Source: Macrostomum lignano
Taxonomy: Eukaryota
Direction of reading: 5' to 3'
Length of the DNA: 64,000 bases
Assembly: GCA_002269645.1 (NCBI GenBank)
Contig: NIVC01002746.1
Coordinates: 62,001-126,000 of the forward strand
Shown: positions 10,767 to 21,859 of the stretch, piece by piece
Layout: each line of letters opens with the position of its first letter
How positions within the stretch are numbered: position 1 is the stretch's first letter
Position numbers and translations under genes: made by a program
The notes under the pieces: model-generated
What the model was told of the DNA's origin: nothing
Seen by the model: only the letters and a program-made list of their open reading frames with translations
Database searches by the model: none

Positions 10767-11061
10767 GCTGACGGTGGCTGAAAGTGCTCCTTAAGCAGTT
10801 TGCATGCCGCTTTGAGTGTCGCTGGAGCTTCAGCTGGAGACTTGATAAGAGTCCGGTAGACTCGCACTCCTTCCCGCCCGAGGCAGTGCATGAGCAGTGC
10901 GATCTTCCTGGCTTCTTGCAAGCCGTCGACTCCTGACGCTAGCAGGTAGGTGTCGAACTCAGCGGCTCAAGTTTCCATGAAACCACAGGTGTTCCTGGGT
11001 TGTCGAGAAATGGAGGCGGTTCTCTCAGGTTTAGTCGTAGCGCTGGCGCTGTGGCGTTCAT
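10767..11061 (-). pseudogene. Frameshifted 5' end of gag (same lesions at 273-567 and 21263-21557)
   Basis: ATG at 11061 reads MNATAPALRLNLREPPPFLDNPGTPVVSWK. The frame then shifts near 10970 to AAEFDTYLLASGVDGLQEARKIALLMHCLG...KEHFQP, and shifts again near 10775 to TVSVYAKRH. Each shift is consistent with a 1-bp deletion. Confidence 0.85.
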
Positions 11062-11172
11062 TTCTAACTTCACTGAGTTGAGTTTGCAGAATTGCAAGGC
11101 GATAGCGAGAGTTTGACTTGTGTGCCTTGGCTGCCGTGAGTTGAGTTTTGCGCGGGGTAGTTTTTCGCTAAG

Positions 11173-11190
11173 TCCCTGCTTGCGATGCCA
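11173..11190 (-). promoter_or_regulatory. Primer-binding site of the LTR element (tRNA identity uncertain, possibly Ser)
   Basis: TGGCATCGCAAGCAGG lies 1 nt after the 5' LTR end; its complement ends in CCA like a tRNA 3' end. Confidence 0.7.
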
Positions 11191-13328
11191 GTGTTGTGGC
11201 CGCTGGCCAAGTGAATGAAATCAATTCACGTAAGGCGAAGGAGAGGAGAGGTGGCTCTCAGCTACAGTGAGCTGGCCAATATATATTATCTGACTGATAT
11301 GAGCTAGATGTACATCGATGCGCGTACGTTACATAATAGCATTGGGCATGCACATTCAAAACACCTGCGGCGCCAAAATGTGCCTGCGGCGCCAAATTGA
11401 GTGCCTGCGGCGCCAAAATGAGTGCCTGTGGCGCTAAAATGCGTGCCTGCAGCGCTAAAATGAGTGCCTGCGGCGCCAGAATGAGTGCCTGCGGCGCCAA
11501 ATTGAGTGCCTGCGGCGCTAAAATGAGTGCCTGCGGCGCTAAAATGAGTGCCTGCGGCGCTAAAATGAGTGCCTGCGGCGCTAAAATGAGTGCCTGAGGC
11601 GCTAAAAGTGGCAATGACATAAGGCATGGCCAGCCAGGCCAATCCGCCCCCCCCACCTAATTGAAATTCCTGGCATTTTGACTTAATACTTGACAGTTAT
11701 AGTTACTTCTGCCGTTTACCCAAAGTTGCGTTAATTTTGCTTTAGGGTTTTTTACATGTAAGTCGCATTTTTGTTAAAACTAAGTCGCATTTTTGTTAAA
11801 ACTAAGTCGCATTTTTGTTAAAACTAAGTCGCATTTTTGTTAAAACTAAGTCGCACGGCCGACCGAATTTTGGAGGTTGCGCATGTATGGACAAGAGTGA
11901 GACAAGAGTGATATTGTATGCTTGATAATACAATATCAAGCATCCCGACTGCAGAAGAATACACCATTATTTATTATGCTCTCAATAAATCGTTTTTTCA
12001 ACCTATGGTTGAAATATAGGTTTCTTAGAAATGAACTGAAGACCGGTATGAACGAATGCGTAAATCACGAGGGCTGAAGGCCCGACGGATTTATAAAATA
12101 GCTGCCGAAAAAGGCATGCCTTATATAGTCAAAAAGATTTTACGGGACATTATTGAATATTGGCAAATAAAATCCCGGAGAACACAAATAATGCCCGGAA
12201 AATGTTTTTATCTATGTTTTATGCAAATTCGTTGATACCGGTCTTCAGTTCATTTCTAACAAAATCGAGCGTAGCGTTCTACTGCAGTTGTAAATGGCTG
12301 TTGAAAGCTAGGACGGCAAACTCCCGGTCCGTGGAAGCCTCTCTATCCGGCCCTCGGCTTTTTTGAAACTTCACACTATATAGCAATCTGGCCCGCTCAT
12401 TAGGTTGTGCCTCTTCTCAGCTGTCTTTCTCTTCTCTACTCTCCTCTATTCCTGGCTCTCTTCTTCTCTCCCTTTCTCTCCCCCTCTTCTCTGCCCTTTT
12501 CTCTCCTCATATCTCTTCTCTCATCCAATCTCTCGCTTCTCCTCTTTTCTCTCCTTTCCTCTCTCTCGATTCTTTATCTGGCCTGCACCTTAAGGTAGAA
12601 AAGTTTCAGACTGCTGGTTTACACTCTCACCAATTATCAAACTTAGCGATGGCGCCTCTAGGATGGTGATAGATAGCGATAGCGGCCCTATTCCATCACT
12701 TTATTTATCGACTCTAATGACAGTTGCTACTATCAATTTTTATTTTGTTTTGTTGTTCCTTTTTGTGGGAAACGTTAACAATTGGGTTATTTATGAAAAA
12801 TTCAAGGCAATATTAATTTCAAACACGTATTAATAAATTATTAATCTGAATAACGCATATTAAAAGAACTTTTTCAAACATTGTGATCTTAAGGAATATA
12901 GATAAAGAATCCAGCTCATGGCTGCGGGCCAGATGAGAGAGAGAGGGGGGGGGGGAAAGGAGAGGCGAGAGATGGGATGAGAGAAGAGATTTAAGAGAAA
13001 AGATGAGAGAAAAGGGGAGAAGAGAGAGGGGAGAGGATCTGAGGGCCGCAATTCGCCAACACCTGTAGAGGAAACAGTCTACTAAATATGTAGTCCCATG
13101 CACCAGTGTTTACTAAATGCTCAAATTTTATATTGGCGCAGAAATGAAGTCGCACTTGTGTAAAAAGAATCTAGCAGAGCACACAATTGAGGAACAAATA
13201 TACTCAATGTTTTATTTGTTAAAATCCTTCAATGCCTGTTGCCTAACTAATTTGAAGTACTATAAGTGTCGAATTTCATTTCAGTTTCAATTGTTTTTCG
13301 AAACCTCTGTTTGCTATCATTGTCACAA

Positions 13329-14511
13329 TCAGTAGCAGAGCTGCTGGAGCAGCCGAAACTCAGACTCGTTGAGCATCTCACTGCTCAGGGCAAAGCAACT
13401 CATTGTGCCGCTCAGACATCTGTCACTTGTGGGCCCGAATCCGAGTCGCAGGCAGTGAAAGGACGCCGCTGAAGAGTTCCAAGAACTTCTACTAAACGAA
13501 GACGTCGCAACCAGCGTGCCGTTCTGATACATGCGCTTCTGCTCCAGCCCGTTGAAGGTGACTCCAGCCGACAGGAGATGCACGGAGCCGTCAGTCGGTA
13601 GAAAAAAAGACGAAAATCCGAAAATTCTCTCACCGACACTCCCGCCGCCGCTGGACAGCCAGGCGAAACCGTAGAAATACTCTGCTTTCTTGATCAGAGA
13701 GCTGCCGATGTTGGTTCCTGAGCACTCTTGGAATCGGCTGTAGTACTGATACCTGCTTGTGCAGCGGTAGAGGCGTGGCTAGAAGGTGAGCAGCGGTTTC
13801 AAAGCATCACAGACAGTTTCAACTCACTCGTCTTTAGTCATGGCGTGCCGAACCTGCGCAAAAGTCGAGTAGGTGGAACCGACTCCCAGAAGCTTCTCAA
13901 AACCGGGAGTCTCAGTGCTCAAGTAGGAGCTCGTGTTGCCCTTGAAGTGAGCACCTGCTGCATCAATTGTTACATCGTGAGCCTTGAGACAGGACAGTCT
14001 CGGGTTGACCTCATTCTTCAGACCGCTCCGAGAGAACTTGTAGAACAGCTTCAGCTTGAGCTGTTTCACCAGGGGCTCAGAAGACTCTGCAGTGATAAAT
14101 GAATAATCTATTTAAACAAAGCAAATGACTTCATTGTAGCGATACAGAATTGTCAAGACAGCAGCCACTGAGCCGCTCACCGCAGTCTCCGCACAGCCCA
14201 TCGGTGTACTTGTAAGAGTCGCAGTCGCCGTCATTCCATTGCTCGAGTTGGGAACACGCGTCTCCATGGTAACACAGGCGGGTGGCGATGTCGAAGTGGA
14301 ATGCGTTGCAGGTGGGCAGTCGGGAGCAGGCGGCGGCGCACTGCAGCTTGCTGGCCAGGCGGTGCGGCAGCGGAGAGGCGGCCGCGGTGGGGCAGCGTCG
14401 GGTCTTCTCGAATGCCAGCTCAGCAGCAGCAGCAAGTCTGAAAGAGACCAGTGAAAGAAGCAGAGCTAAAAAGTAATTCATCCTAGCTTGGAGTTTACTC
14501 CGTTTCATCAT
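13329..14511 (-). CDS. Type A PAN/LamG-like gene, second copy (exons 14511-14181, 14086-13828, 13752-13329)
   Basis: Matches 2834-4016 at offset 10495. Confidence 0.8.
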
Positions 14512-15426
14512 GGCTTGGTTTCGATCGATGCCTGCTGATTCACTCAGTTGCTCTCTATTTTACCTTTATAGGAAAATCTGACTCGTGCAGGCCTATTTGA
14601 TTGCCTCTGCACTCTGGTTACAAAATCAGCAAAGTTGAGTTCCTCTTGTTTCGTACTCAGGTCTCGATCCTTTTTATCAAAAGCATGGATGTCAGGCCTG
14701 ACAGCAGCATGCAGAATGTCCAACAATATGAAGCATTTTTTGTTTGAACAGCGACTGTATGCTTGCATGCATTTTTTACGAGCTTAGCTGGAAGTGAAGC
14801 GACCATGGCGTCAAACGCAAATCCGACAATTCTGGAATCGGAACACACAGTTCTGCTTGCAACCGACAAGGCCAAATTTTAAACAAGCGACAGTTGCATA
14901 CTCTTATTCCTCTGCAGTCCTGATGCATGATATTGAGTAAAACAGTCCACGCCTGCCGCCGATTTTAACGTCAATCAATTTTTAACAAGTTCCCAATCGG
15001 GTTTAGGACGTTCTATTACATTCTGAAAAGTTCGAAGTCGGTAGTAAACGCGAGAGTTTATTTTTGTGATGCAAACAATGTAACATATATTCGAATAGAC
15101 GCCCTGCTCCAGCACATAGATGCTCCAGCATATAAAATTTCGATTTCACAATTACAACTCTGAATACTGAGTTTGCGCGTACCTATTCAAAGGGGTTTTG
15201 TAAACATTCCATTTGAGAATTGTGGCCATTGTGTGAGGCGTGAGAACTGTGCGTGTTTTAAACACTGGACAAATATATGTAGGTGCTTGAAAGACACTCA
15301 GCAAGGAAAATTTTACACAGCTAACAAATCCTACATTTATAAATGTAGAATGGGATGCCTTTTTCTGAACCGTTCTTAATTTTGGAGCAGTTAATTTGAT
15401 TTGAAAAGTGTCTGCTAATACAGGAA

Positions 15427-16606
15427 ATGAAAAAGATTCGACTGTCGACTCTGCCCTGCCTCCTGCTGCTCAGCTGCCTGGTGGTGACTTCAAGCGCCAA
15501 GGTGCTGCCAAACTTCGCAGCAACAAAGACCCGACGCTGCCCCACCGCGGCCGCCTCTCCGCTGCCGCACCGCCTGGCCAGCAAGCTGCAGTGCGCCGCC
15601 GCCTGCTCCCGACTGCCCACCTGCAACGCATTCCACTTCGACATCGCCACCCGCCTGTGTTACCATGGAGACGCGTGTTCCCAACTCGAGCAATGGACTG
15701 ACGGCGACTGCGACTCTTACAAGTACACTGATGTGCTGTGCGGAGACTGCGGTGAGCGGCTCAGTGGCTGCTGTCTTGACAGCTCTGCGTCTCTCCAATG
15801 AAATCATTTACTTTGTTTAAATTGATTATAAATTTATCACTGCAGAGTCTTCTGAGCCCCTGTTGAAACAGCTCAAGCTGAAGCTGTTCTACAAGTTCTC
15901 TCGGAGCGGTCTGAAGAATGAGGTCAACCCGAGACTGTCCTGTCTCAAGGCTCACGACGTGACAATTGATGCAGCTGGTGCTCACTTCAAGGGCAACACG
16001 AGCTCCTACTTGAGCACTGAGACCCCCGGTTTTGAGAAGTTTCTTGGAGTCGGTTCCACCTACTCGACTTTTGCGCAGGTTCGGCACGCCATGTCCGGCG
16101 GGTGAGAAAGAATTCACTCTGCATTTAACATTAAATTGCTTGCAACTTACATGTATCACCTCTCTTGTATCACCTACCTCTGTGCATATAGGTGGCAGTA
16201 CTACAGCAGATTCCAAGAGTGCTCTGGAAATTACGCCAGCAATTCAATTTCCCAGTTTCAAGACTATTTCTACGTCTTTAATTGGCTGTCTACCAACACC
16301 GGCGAGGTTCTGTACGGACTATCACCAAACTTCCTCCCTACCGACGGCTCTGTGCATCTCCTGTCGGCTGGATTCACCTACGACGGACTCGAGTTTAGGG
16401 ACGTGTATAGGAACGGCACTTTGGAGGCGATTTATCGGACGGCTTACAACACTTATAGTTCTTCCATCGCCGCCTTTCAATGCCTCCGACTGGGATTTCA
16501 TCTCACAAGCGACCGTTGTCTCAACGGCTCAATGAGTTGCTTCGCCCTGAGCACTAAGATGCTCAATCAGACCGAATACGAGATGCTGCAGCAGCTCTGC
16601 TACTGA
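15427..16606 (+). CDS. Type B PAN/LamG-like gene, second copy (exons 15427-15751, 15846-16101, 16192-16606)
   Basis: Matches 4932-6111 at offset 10495. Confidence 0.8.
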
Positions 16607-17242
16607 TTCAACATAACCATCAGCACGAGTTGCAGTACAACCTGTTCCAAATGAGAAACCTACTTTTTGAAGTCAATTAGAAATTTGGACTTTTGCTTTT
16701 ACTGACATGTGCATGTAAAACGATTTCTGACCGCCAAGTCTCGAAAAAAATGAATACGACTGAATGGACCGATTAATTACGACCAATATTATTTAAAGCA
16801 CGAAAGCTTCAAGTGAGTAGTGCGAAGCAAGAAAATGAAGACTTTGCTTTTTAATTATTGCACTGCCAAGAGTTAATAGAATCGGGAATTCACTGCCGCG
16901 TCAATTACTGGTGCTTTTAGCATTGCGCAAGCACAGTTCATGGGGAGAGATTAGATTGGTTAGACTATAGTTTCAGCTTCCGTTGGTGATTCCCTGTGCA
17001 CTGTACAGAACAGTGAACAGTGATTCCCTTAATCGCCTGGGGGGTGGGGTTGGGCGCGGCGGATATCAAAAACCTGTAGGCAATTGAGTGCCTGTGGCGC
17101 TAAAATGCGTGCCTGCGGCGCCAAAATGAGTGCCTGCGGCGCCAAAATGAGTGCCTGCAGCGCAAAAATGAGTGCCTGCGGCGCCAAAATGAGTGCCTGC
17201 GGCGCCAAAATGAATGCCTGCGGCGCTTAAATGAGTGCCTGC

Positions 17243-20200
17243 TTTTGTGGCCGCTGGCCAAATGAATGAAATCAATTCACGTAAGGCGAAGGAGAGGAGA
17301 GGTGGCTCTCAGCTACAGTGAGCTGGCCAATATATATTATCTGACTGATATGAGCTAGATGTACATCGATGCGCGTACGTTACATAATAGCATTGAGCAT
17401 GCACATTCACAACATCATCCCCCCGTGCAAAGAGGTGACAGATTACGGGTGGGATAAGCAGACGCATTAAAAAGCAAGCAATGTCAATGGAACAGTTTTC
17501 GGTGCATGAGCAGTCAGTTAGTCAAGTCAGTCAATCGTGAGTCACAACGTTGCCGAACCATTGAGGCGGTGCACGAAGTCTCTCAGAGCGGCGCAGCGGT
17601 GGCGTTGGCGGTGGCGCCGCCTCTGGTCTCCCGCCGTCCGGCTGTTGCAGAGCCTCTGTGTCGTCGGCCCCGTCACCCCAGCCGTGGTGGTCATCAAGGA
17701 TGCAGCGGCTGATGTGCCAGCGGCTGCCATCGGTCAGAGTGATGGTGTTGCCCTCGCGACTGACGACTGTCTGTGGCTCGGAGACGCCGCTGCTGAGCTT
17801 TCCGCGCCTCGGCCGGCGGACGCGGACGCGGCTCCCGACAGTCAACGCTGCGTCCTTCAGCGGCTGGTTCCGCTTGCGCATCCGGCGGCGGCTCTTGGCC
17901 CGCTGCTGTCGCTCCGTGACGCTGCGCCGCAGCTCCTGGTCCGTCGTTGACTCGGTGCTTGCTGGTTGAAGACGATCGAGAGGCAGGCGGAGCTTCCGTC
18001 CCAGCATCAGTTCAGCCGGCGACTTCTTGGTCAGCGCGTGCTCAGATGATCGATACGCGAGCAGCAGCTCCTGAACCGCCTGCTTCACTGGCACACTGTC
18101 GGCGAGTAGTGCGCGCAGTGACGTCTTGATGAAGCCGTTGAATCTCTCGACTCCGCCATTCTGCTGTGGACAGTAGAACGGAGTGCGACGGTGCTTGATG
18201 CCGAGCGAGCTGAGGAAGTCCGTAAACTCGGTTGACACAAACTGAGGTCCGTTGTCCGTGGTAATTTCGTCTGGAAGCCCCCAGCGGACGAACAGGCTGC
18301 GAAGGGCTTCGATACACGCAGCGGAAGTCACGGATGAAGATGCGATGATCTCAGGCCACTTGGAGTAGAGATCGTGGACGACAATGAAAAATCGATGGGA
18401 CTGAGGCACATTGGCTTCCGGCAGCTCTCCAACTATATCGACTTGCAGCTGTCGCCATGGACCCGCTGGTAGCTCCGTCGTTGACCATGGGACCTTGATC
18501 GGCTTGAACGCTTTCTCGGACAGGACGCAGGCGCTGCAGTTCCGCACGAAGGCTTCCACGTCGCTGTCGATGCGCGGCCACCAGACCGTATCGCGGCACC
18601 GCGCCTTGACCTTGGCGACGCCGAGATGTCCTTGATGCGCCTCTGCCAGCACAAGGTCGCGGAGGTCAGTCGGGATGACGGCTCGGCTGCCTCTCGCCAG
18701 GCAGCAACCATCGTTCCACAGGTAGAGCTCGTGTTGCACCTGGTGGAAGCCCTTCAGGTCGGCTGGAACCTCGACTGGCCATCCGTTGATGAGGAACCCG
18801 ATGACTCGCTGCAGTTGGTTGTCGCTCTTGGTTGCGTCGGCCAGTTGAGTGACTGAGATCGGCTCGGCGCTTCTGGCCAGCACCAGGTTGATGTCGGACT
18901 CGCTCTGGTGCTGCTCATTGGACTCGTTGGCTGCGCTCTTGCCGTCGTAGCCGTAGCGAGACAGAAAGTCGGGCTGGACGTTGAGCTTGCCGGGGACGTA
19001 CTCGATGTCGAAGTCGTAGACGAAGAGTCGCTCGCACCAGCGCTGAAGTCGAAGAGGTCGTTGGCCGACTCCTCGAGGTGACAGCAGGGTCGTCAGCGCT
19101 TGATGGTCGGTGAGAAGCTTGAACTTGCGACCGTACAGCAGCAGGTGCCAATGCTCGCAGCTCCAGAAAGAGGCCAAGGCCTCTTTCTCTGACGCAGAGT
19201 AGCGGCGCTCGGTGTCGGATAGGGCTCGCGAAGCAAAGGCGACTGGCCGCAGCTGTCCGTGCTCGTCGACTTGGCTCAGGGTCGCGCCCAGGGAGACGTC
19301 GCTGCTGTCGCAGGAGACGACGGTTTCGTGATCTTGGTCGAAGAACTTCAGGCACGGTGCTGATGAGATGAGCCGCTTCACCTCGCTGAAGGCCGCCTCG
19401 CATTTCGCGTCCCAGTTCCATGGCGCGTCCTTGCGCAGGAGCGCTGTCAGCGGCTCGGCGACGTGAGACAGGTTCTTGATGTAGAACTGGAAGAACTTTG
19501 CAAAGCCGAGGAATGAAGCCAACTCTGCCGTATTTGTGGGTGCCTTGAGTTCCGATACGGACTCGGTGTGCGACTGGAGAGGTTGAATTCCCGCTGCGCT
19601 GACGCGGTGTCCGACGAACTCGATCTCCGACGCCTTGAAGATGCACTTCTTGAGGTTGACGGTTACTCGATGCTGCAGCAACTTGTCCAGTACCTGAAGT
19701 ACGCGAATTTCGTGCTCGGCTTCCGTAGCGGCGTGAACGGCGATGTCGTCTTGATAGTGAACGACGCCTCTGATGCCTTGGAGGATCTTGCCGACGACCT
19801 TCTGGAAAGCCGCCGGAGCCGAGCTGATGCCGAACGGCATCCATCTGAATCGGTAGAGGCCGGATTCGGTGTGGAAGCAGGTCAGATTCTTGGCGTCATC
19901 ATGCAGAGGCAGCTGTAGATACGACTGGTTGAGGTCGATCCTTGAGAAAAACTTCGAATTGGTGAATTCGGTCACCAGGTCGGCGAAGGTAGGCAGTGAC
20001 ATCGAGTCCGGGATGATCGCCTTGTTGACGCTTCGCAGATCAACGCAGAGGCGCAGCTTCCCATCGGCCTTGCGGGCACAGGTGACGTTGGACTGCCAGT
20101 CAGGGATGTCGCCGTCGACTCGCTCGATGATGCCTTCTTCCTCCCAGCGTTGAATCTCGCTGTCGCACTCCTGGCGCAGCGCTAGAGGCAGTCGGCGCAG

Positions 20201-21859
20201 ACGCTGAGCTACGGGAGGCACAGTTGGGTCAACTCTGGGACGGTGGCAGAACCCTTTGATCTCACCGAGTCCGGTGCCCAAGGCGTGGTACTTAGCTGGA
20301 ATCCATTCGGGCATCGACGTGGTCGGAGGCTCCTCGGACTCGACCGCAGCAATCTGATGTCCGGAAGGCCCGAGAACTCTGCAGTTCAGCTTGTCCATCA
20401 GGTCGATTCCCATCAGGTCATCGCCGTCCATGACGACGGTGAAGGTGAACGACGGGAGCTGGACGCAGTCGAACTCGACCGTGGCGTCGACCTCGCCGGC
20501 GACGCTGATGCTGGAGCCGTTGTACGACACGAGATGTCTCTCCGACGGTCGCAGGGGGACCTTGGGTCCGAAAATCTTCCTGCAGGTCTGCATGTTGATG
20601 ATGGAGACCTTGGCAGCTGTGTCCACCAACAGCGGAGTGCTGAACCCGTTGATCCTGACGCTGGCTCTCTTGTACTCGCCCTTCTTGTCCGTGCTGACGG
20701 CGAAGATGCTTTGCTGAGCGGAGCTGTCGAAGTCGACACATTGAACCTTCTTCTGAGCCGAGTGCGGTGCCGTGGTGCTGCTCTTGCACACGCTGGCGAA
20801 GTGGTTAAGCTTCCCGCACTTCTTACACGCTTTGCCACGGGCAGCGCAGCGCGGGTCGCTGCCTGTGCGGTGGCCCGGCTTACCGCAGTGCGAGCAGCAG
20901 GACTCTTGCGGTGGTCGCGCTGCCTGGCCTCTGGTGCCAGTCGGAGCTCTCTTGGCGTTGATCTTCCTGATGCCGTCGTCAGCTGCATTCTTGCCGGTCA
21001 AGGACTTCTCACTCTGGATAGCTTTTTCCACCTGGGCGGCAATCTGGATTGCTCCGTCCAGGGTGAGCTCTTGCTCTAGCAGGAGGCGTTCGCGCACCTT
21101 CGCTGATGAAGTGCCGAAGATCAGCTGGTCCAGGATGAGGTCGTCGTGAAGGCTCTGGAACTCACAGTCTCTGGCGGCATGACGCAAGTTTGCCACGAAT
21201 GCGTGCACGCCTTCGCCGCTCCGCTGGACGCACTTCCGGAAGTCATGGCGCTTGGCATACACGCTGACGGTGGCTGAAAGTGCTCCTTAAGCAGTTTGCA
21301 TGCCGCTTTGAGTGTCGCTGGAGCTTCAGCTGGAGACTTGATAAGAGTCCGGTAGACTCGCACTCCTTCCCGCCCGAGGCAGTGCATGAGCAGTGCGATC
21401 TTCCTGGCTTCTTGCAAGCCGTCGACTCCTGACGCTAGCAGGTAGGTGTCGAACTCAGCGGCTCAAGTTTCCATGAAACCACAGGTGTTCCTGGGTTGTC
21501 GAGAAATGGAGGCGGTTCTCTCAGGTTTAGTCGTAGCGCTGGCGCTGTGGCGTTCATTTCTAACTTCACTGAGTTGAGTTTGCAGAATTGCAAGGCGATA
21601 GCGAGAGTTTGACTTGTGTGCCTTGGCTGCCGTGAGTTGAGTTTTGCGCGGGGTAGTTTTTCGCTAAGTCCCTGCTTGCGATGCCAGTGTTGTGGCCGCT
21701 GGCCAAGTGAATGAAATCAATTCACGTAAGGCGAAGGAGAGGAGAGGTGGCTCTCAGCTACAGTGAGCTGGCCAATATATATTATCTGACTGATATGAGC
21801 TAGATGTACATCGATGCGCGTACGTTACATAATAGCATTGGGCATGCACATTCAAAACA
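17243..21859 (-). mobile_element. Second full-length copy of the same Ty3/Gypsy element
   Basis: LTRs at 17243-17414 and 21688-21859, with the same CCTGC TSD and the same LTR mismatches as the 6748-11363 copy. Confidence 0.96.
17531..21262 (-). CDS. Gag(C-terminal)-Pol polyprotein ORF, second copy
   Basis: Translation identical to 7035-10766. Confidence 0.93.
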   Translation of the reverse strand: MYAKRHDFRKCVQRSGEGVHAFVANLRHAARDCEFQSLHDDLILDQLIFGTSSAKVRERLLLEQELTLDGAIQIAAQVEKAIQSEKSLTGKNAADDGIRKINAKRAPTGTRGQAARPPQESCCSHCGKPGHRTGSDPRCAARGKACKKCGKLNHFASVCKSSTTAPHSAQKKVQCVDFDSSAQQSIFAVSTDKKGEYKRASVRINGFSTPLLVDTAAKVSIINMQTCRKIFGPKVPLRPSERHLVSYNGSSISVAGEVDATVEFDCVQLPSFTFTVVMDGDDLMGIDLMDKLNCRVLGPSGHQIAAVESEEPPTTSMPEWIPAKYHALGTGLGEIKGFCHRPRVDPTVPPVAQRLRRLPLALRQECDSEIQRWEEEGIIERVDGDIPDWQSNVTCARKADGKLRLCVDLRSVNKAIIPDSMSLPTFADLVTEFTNSKFFSRIDLNQSYLQLPLHDDAKNLTCFHTESGLYRFRWMPFGISSAPAAFQKVVGKILQGIRGVVHYQDDIAVHAATEAEHEIRVLQVLDKLLQHRVTVNLKKCIFKASEIEFVGHRVSAAGIQPLQSHTESVSELKAPTNTAELASFLGFAKFFQFYIKNLSHVAEPLTALLRKDAPWNWDAKCEAAFSEVKRLISSAPCLKFFDQDHETVVSCDSSDVSLGATLSQVDEHGQLRPVAFASRALSDTERRYSASEKEALASFWSCEHWHLLLYGRKFKLLTDHQALTTLLSPRGVGQRPLRLQRWCERLFVYDFDIEYVPGKLNVQPDFLSRYGYDGKSAANESNEQHQSESDINLVLARSAEPISVTQLADATKSDNQLQRVIGFLINGWPVEVPADLKGFHQVQHELYLWNDGCCLARGSRAVIPTDLRDLVLAEAHQGHLGVAKVKARCRDTVWWPRIDSDVEAFVRNCSACVLSEKAFKPIKVPWSTTELPAGPWRQLQVDIVGELPEANVPQSHRFFIVVHDLYSKWPEIIASSSVTSAACIEALRSLFVRWGLPDEITTDNGPQFVSTEFTDFLSSLGIKHRRTPFYCPQQNGGVERFNGFIKTSLRALLADSVPVKQAVQELLLAYRSSEHALTKKSPAELMLGRKLRLPLDRLQPASTESTTDQELRRSVTERQQRAKSRRRMRKRNQPLKDAALTVGSRVRVRRPRRGKLSSGVSEPQTVVSREGNTITLTDGSRWHISRCILDDHHGWGDGADDTEALQQPDGGRPEAAPPPTPPLRRSERLRAPPQWFGNVVTHD

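Larger units (their letters stand above)
6748..11363 (-). mobile_element. Full-length Ty3/Gypsy (Metaviridae-type) LTR retrotransposon, about 4.6 kb
   Basis: Direct LTRs at 6748-6919 and 11192-11363 (172 bp, 4 mismatches; consensus termini TGTTGTG...CACAACA). 5-bp TSD CCTGC at 6743-6747 and 11364-11368. PBS-like TGGCATCGCAAGCAGG next to the 5' LTR and purine tract GGGGGATGA next to the 3' LTR. Domain order is gag-PR-RT-RH-INT. Confidence 0.96.

Noticed and set aside
10770-10975. Programmed ribosomal frameshifting in gag
   Set aside because: There are two shifts early in gag, no X XXY YYZ slippery site, and restoring the first leaves a probable TGA. This looks like mutational decay.
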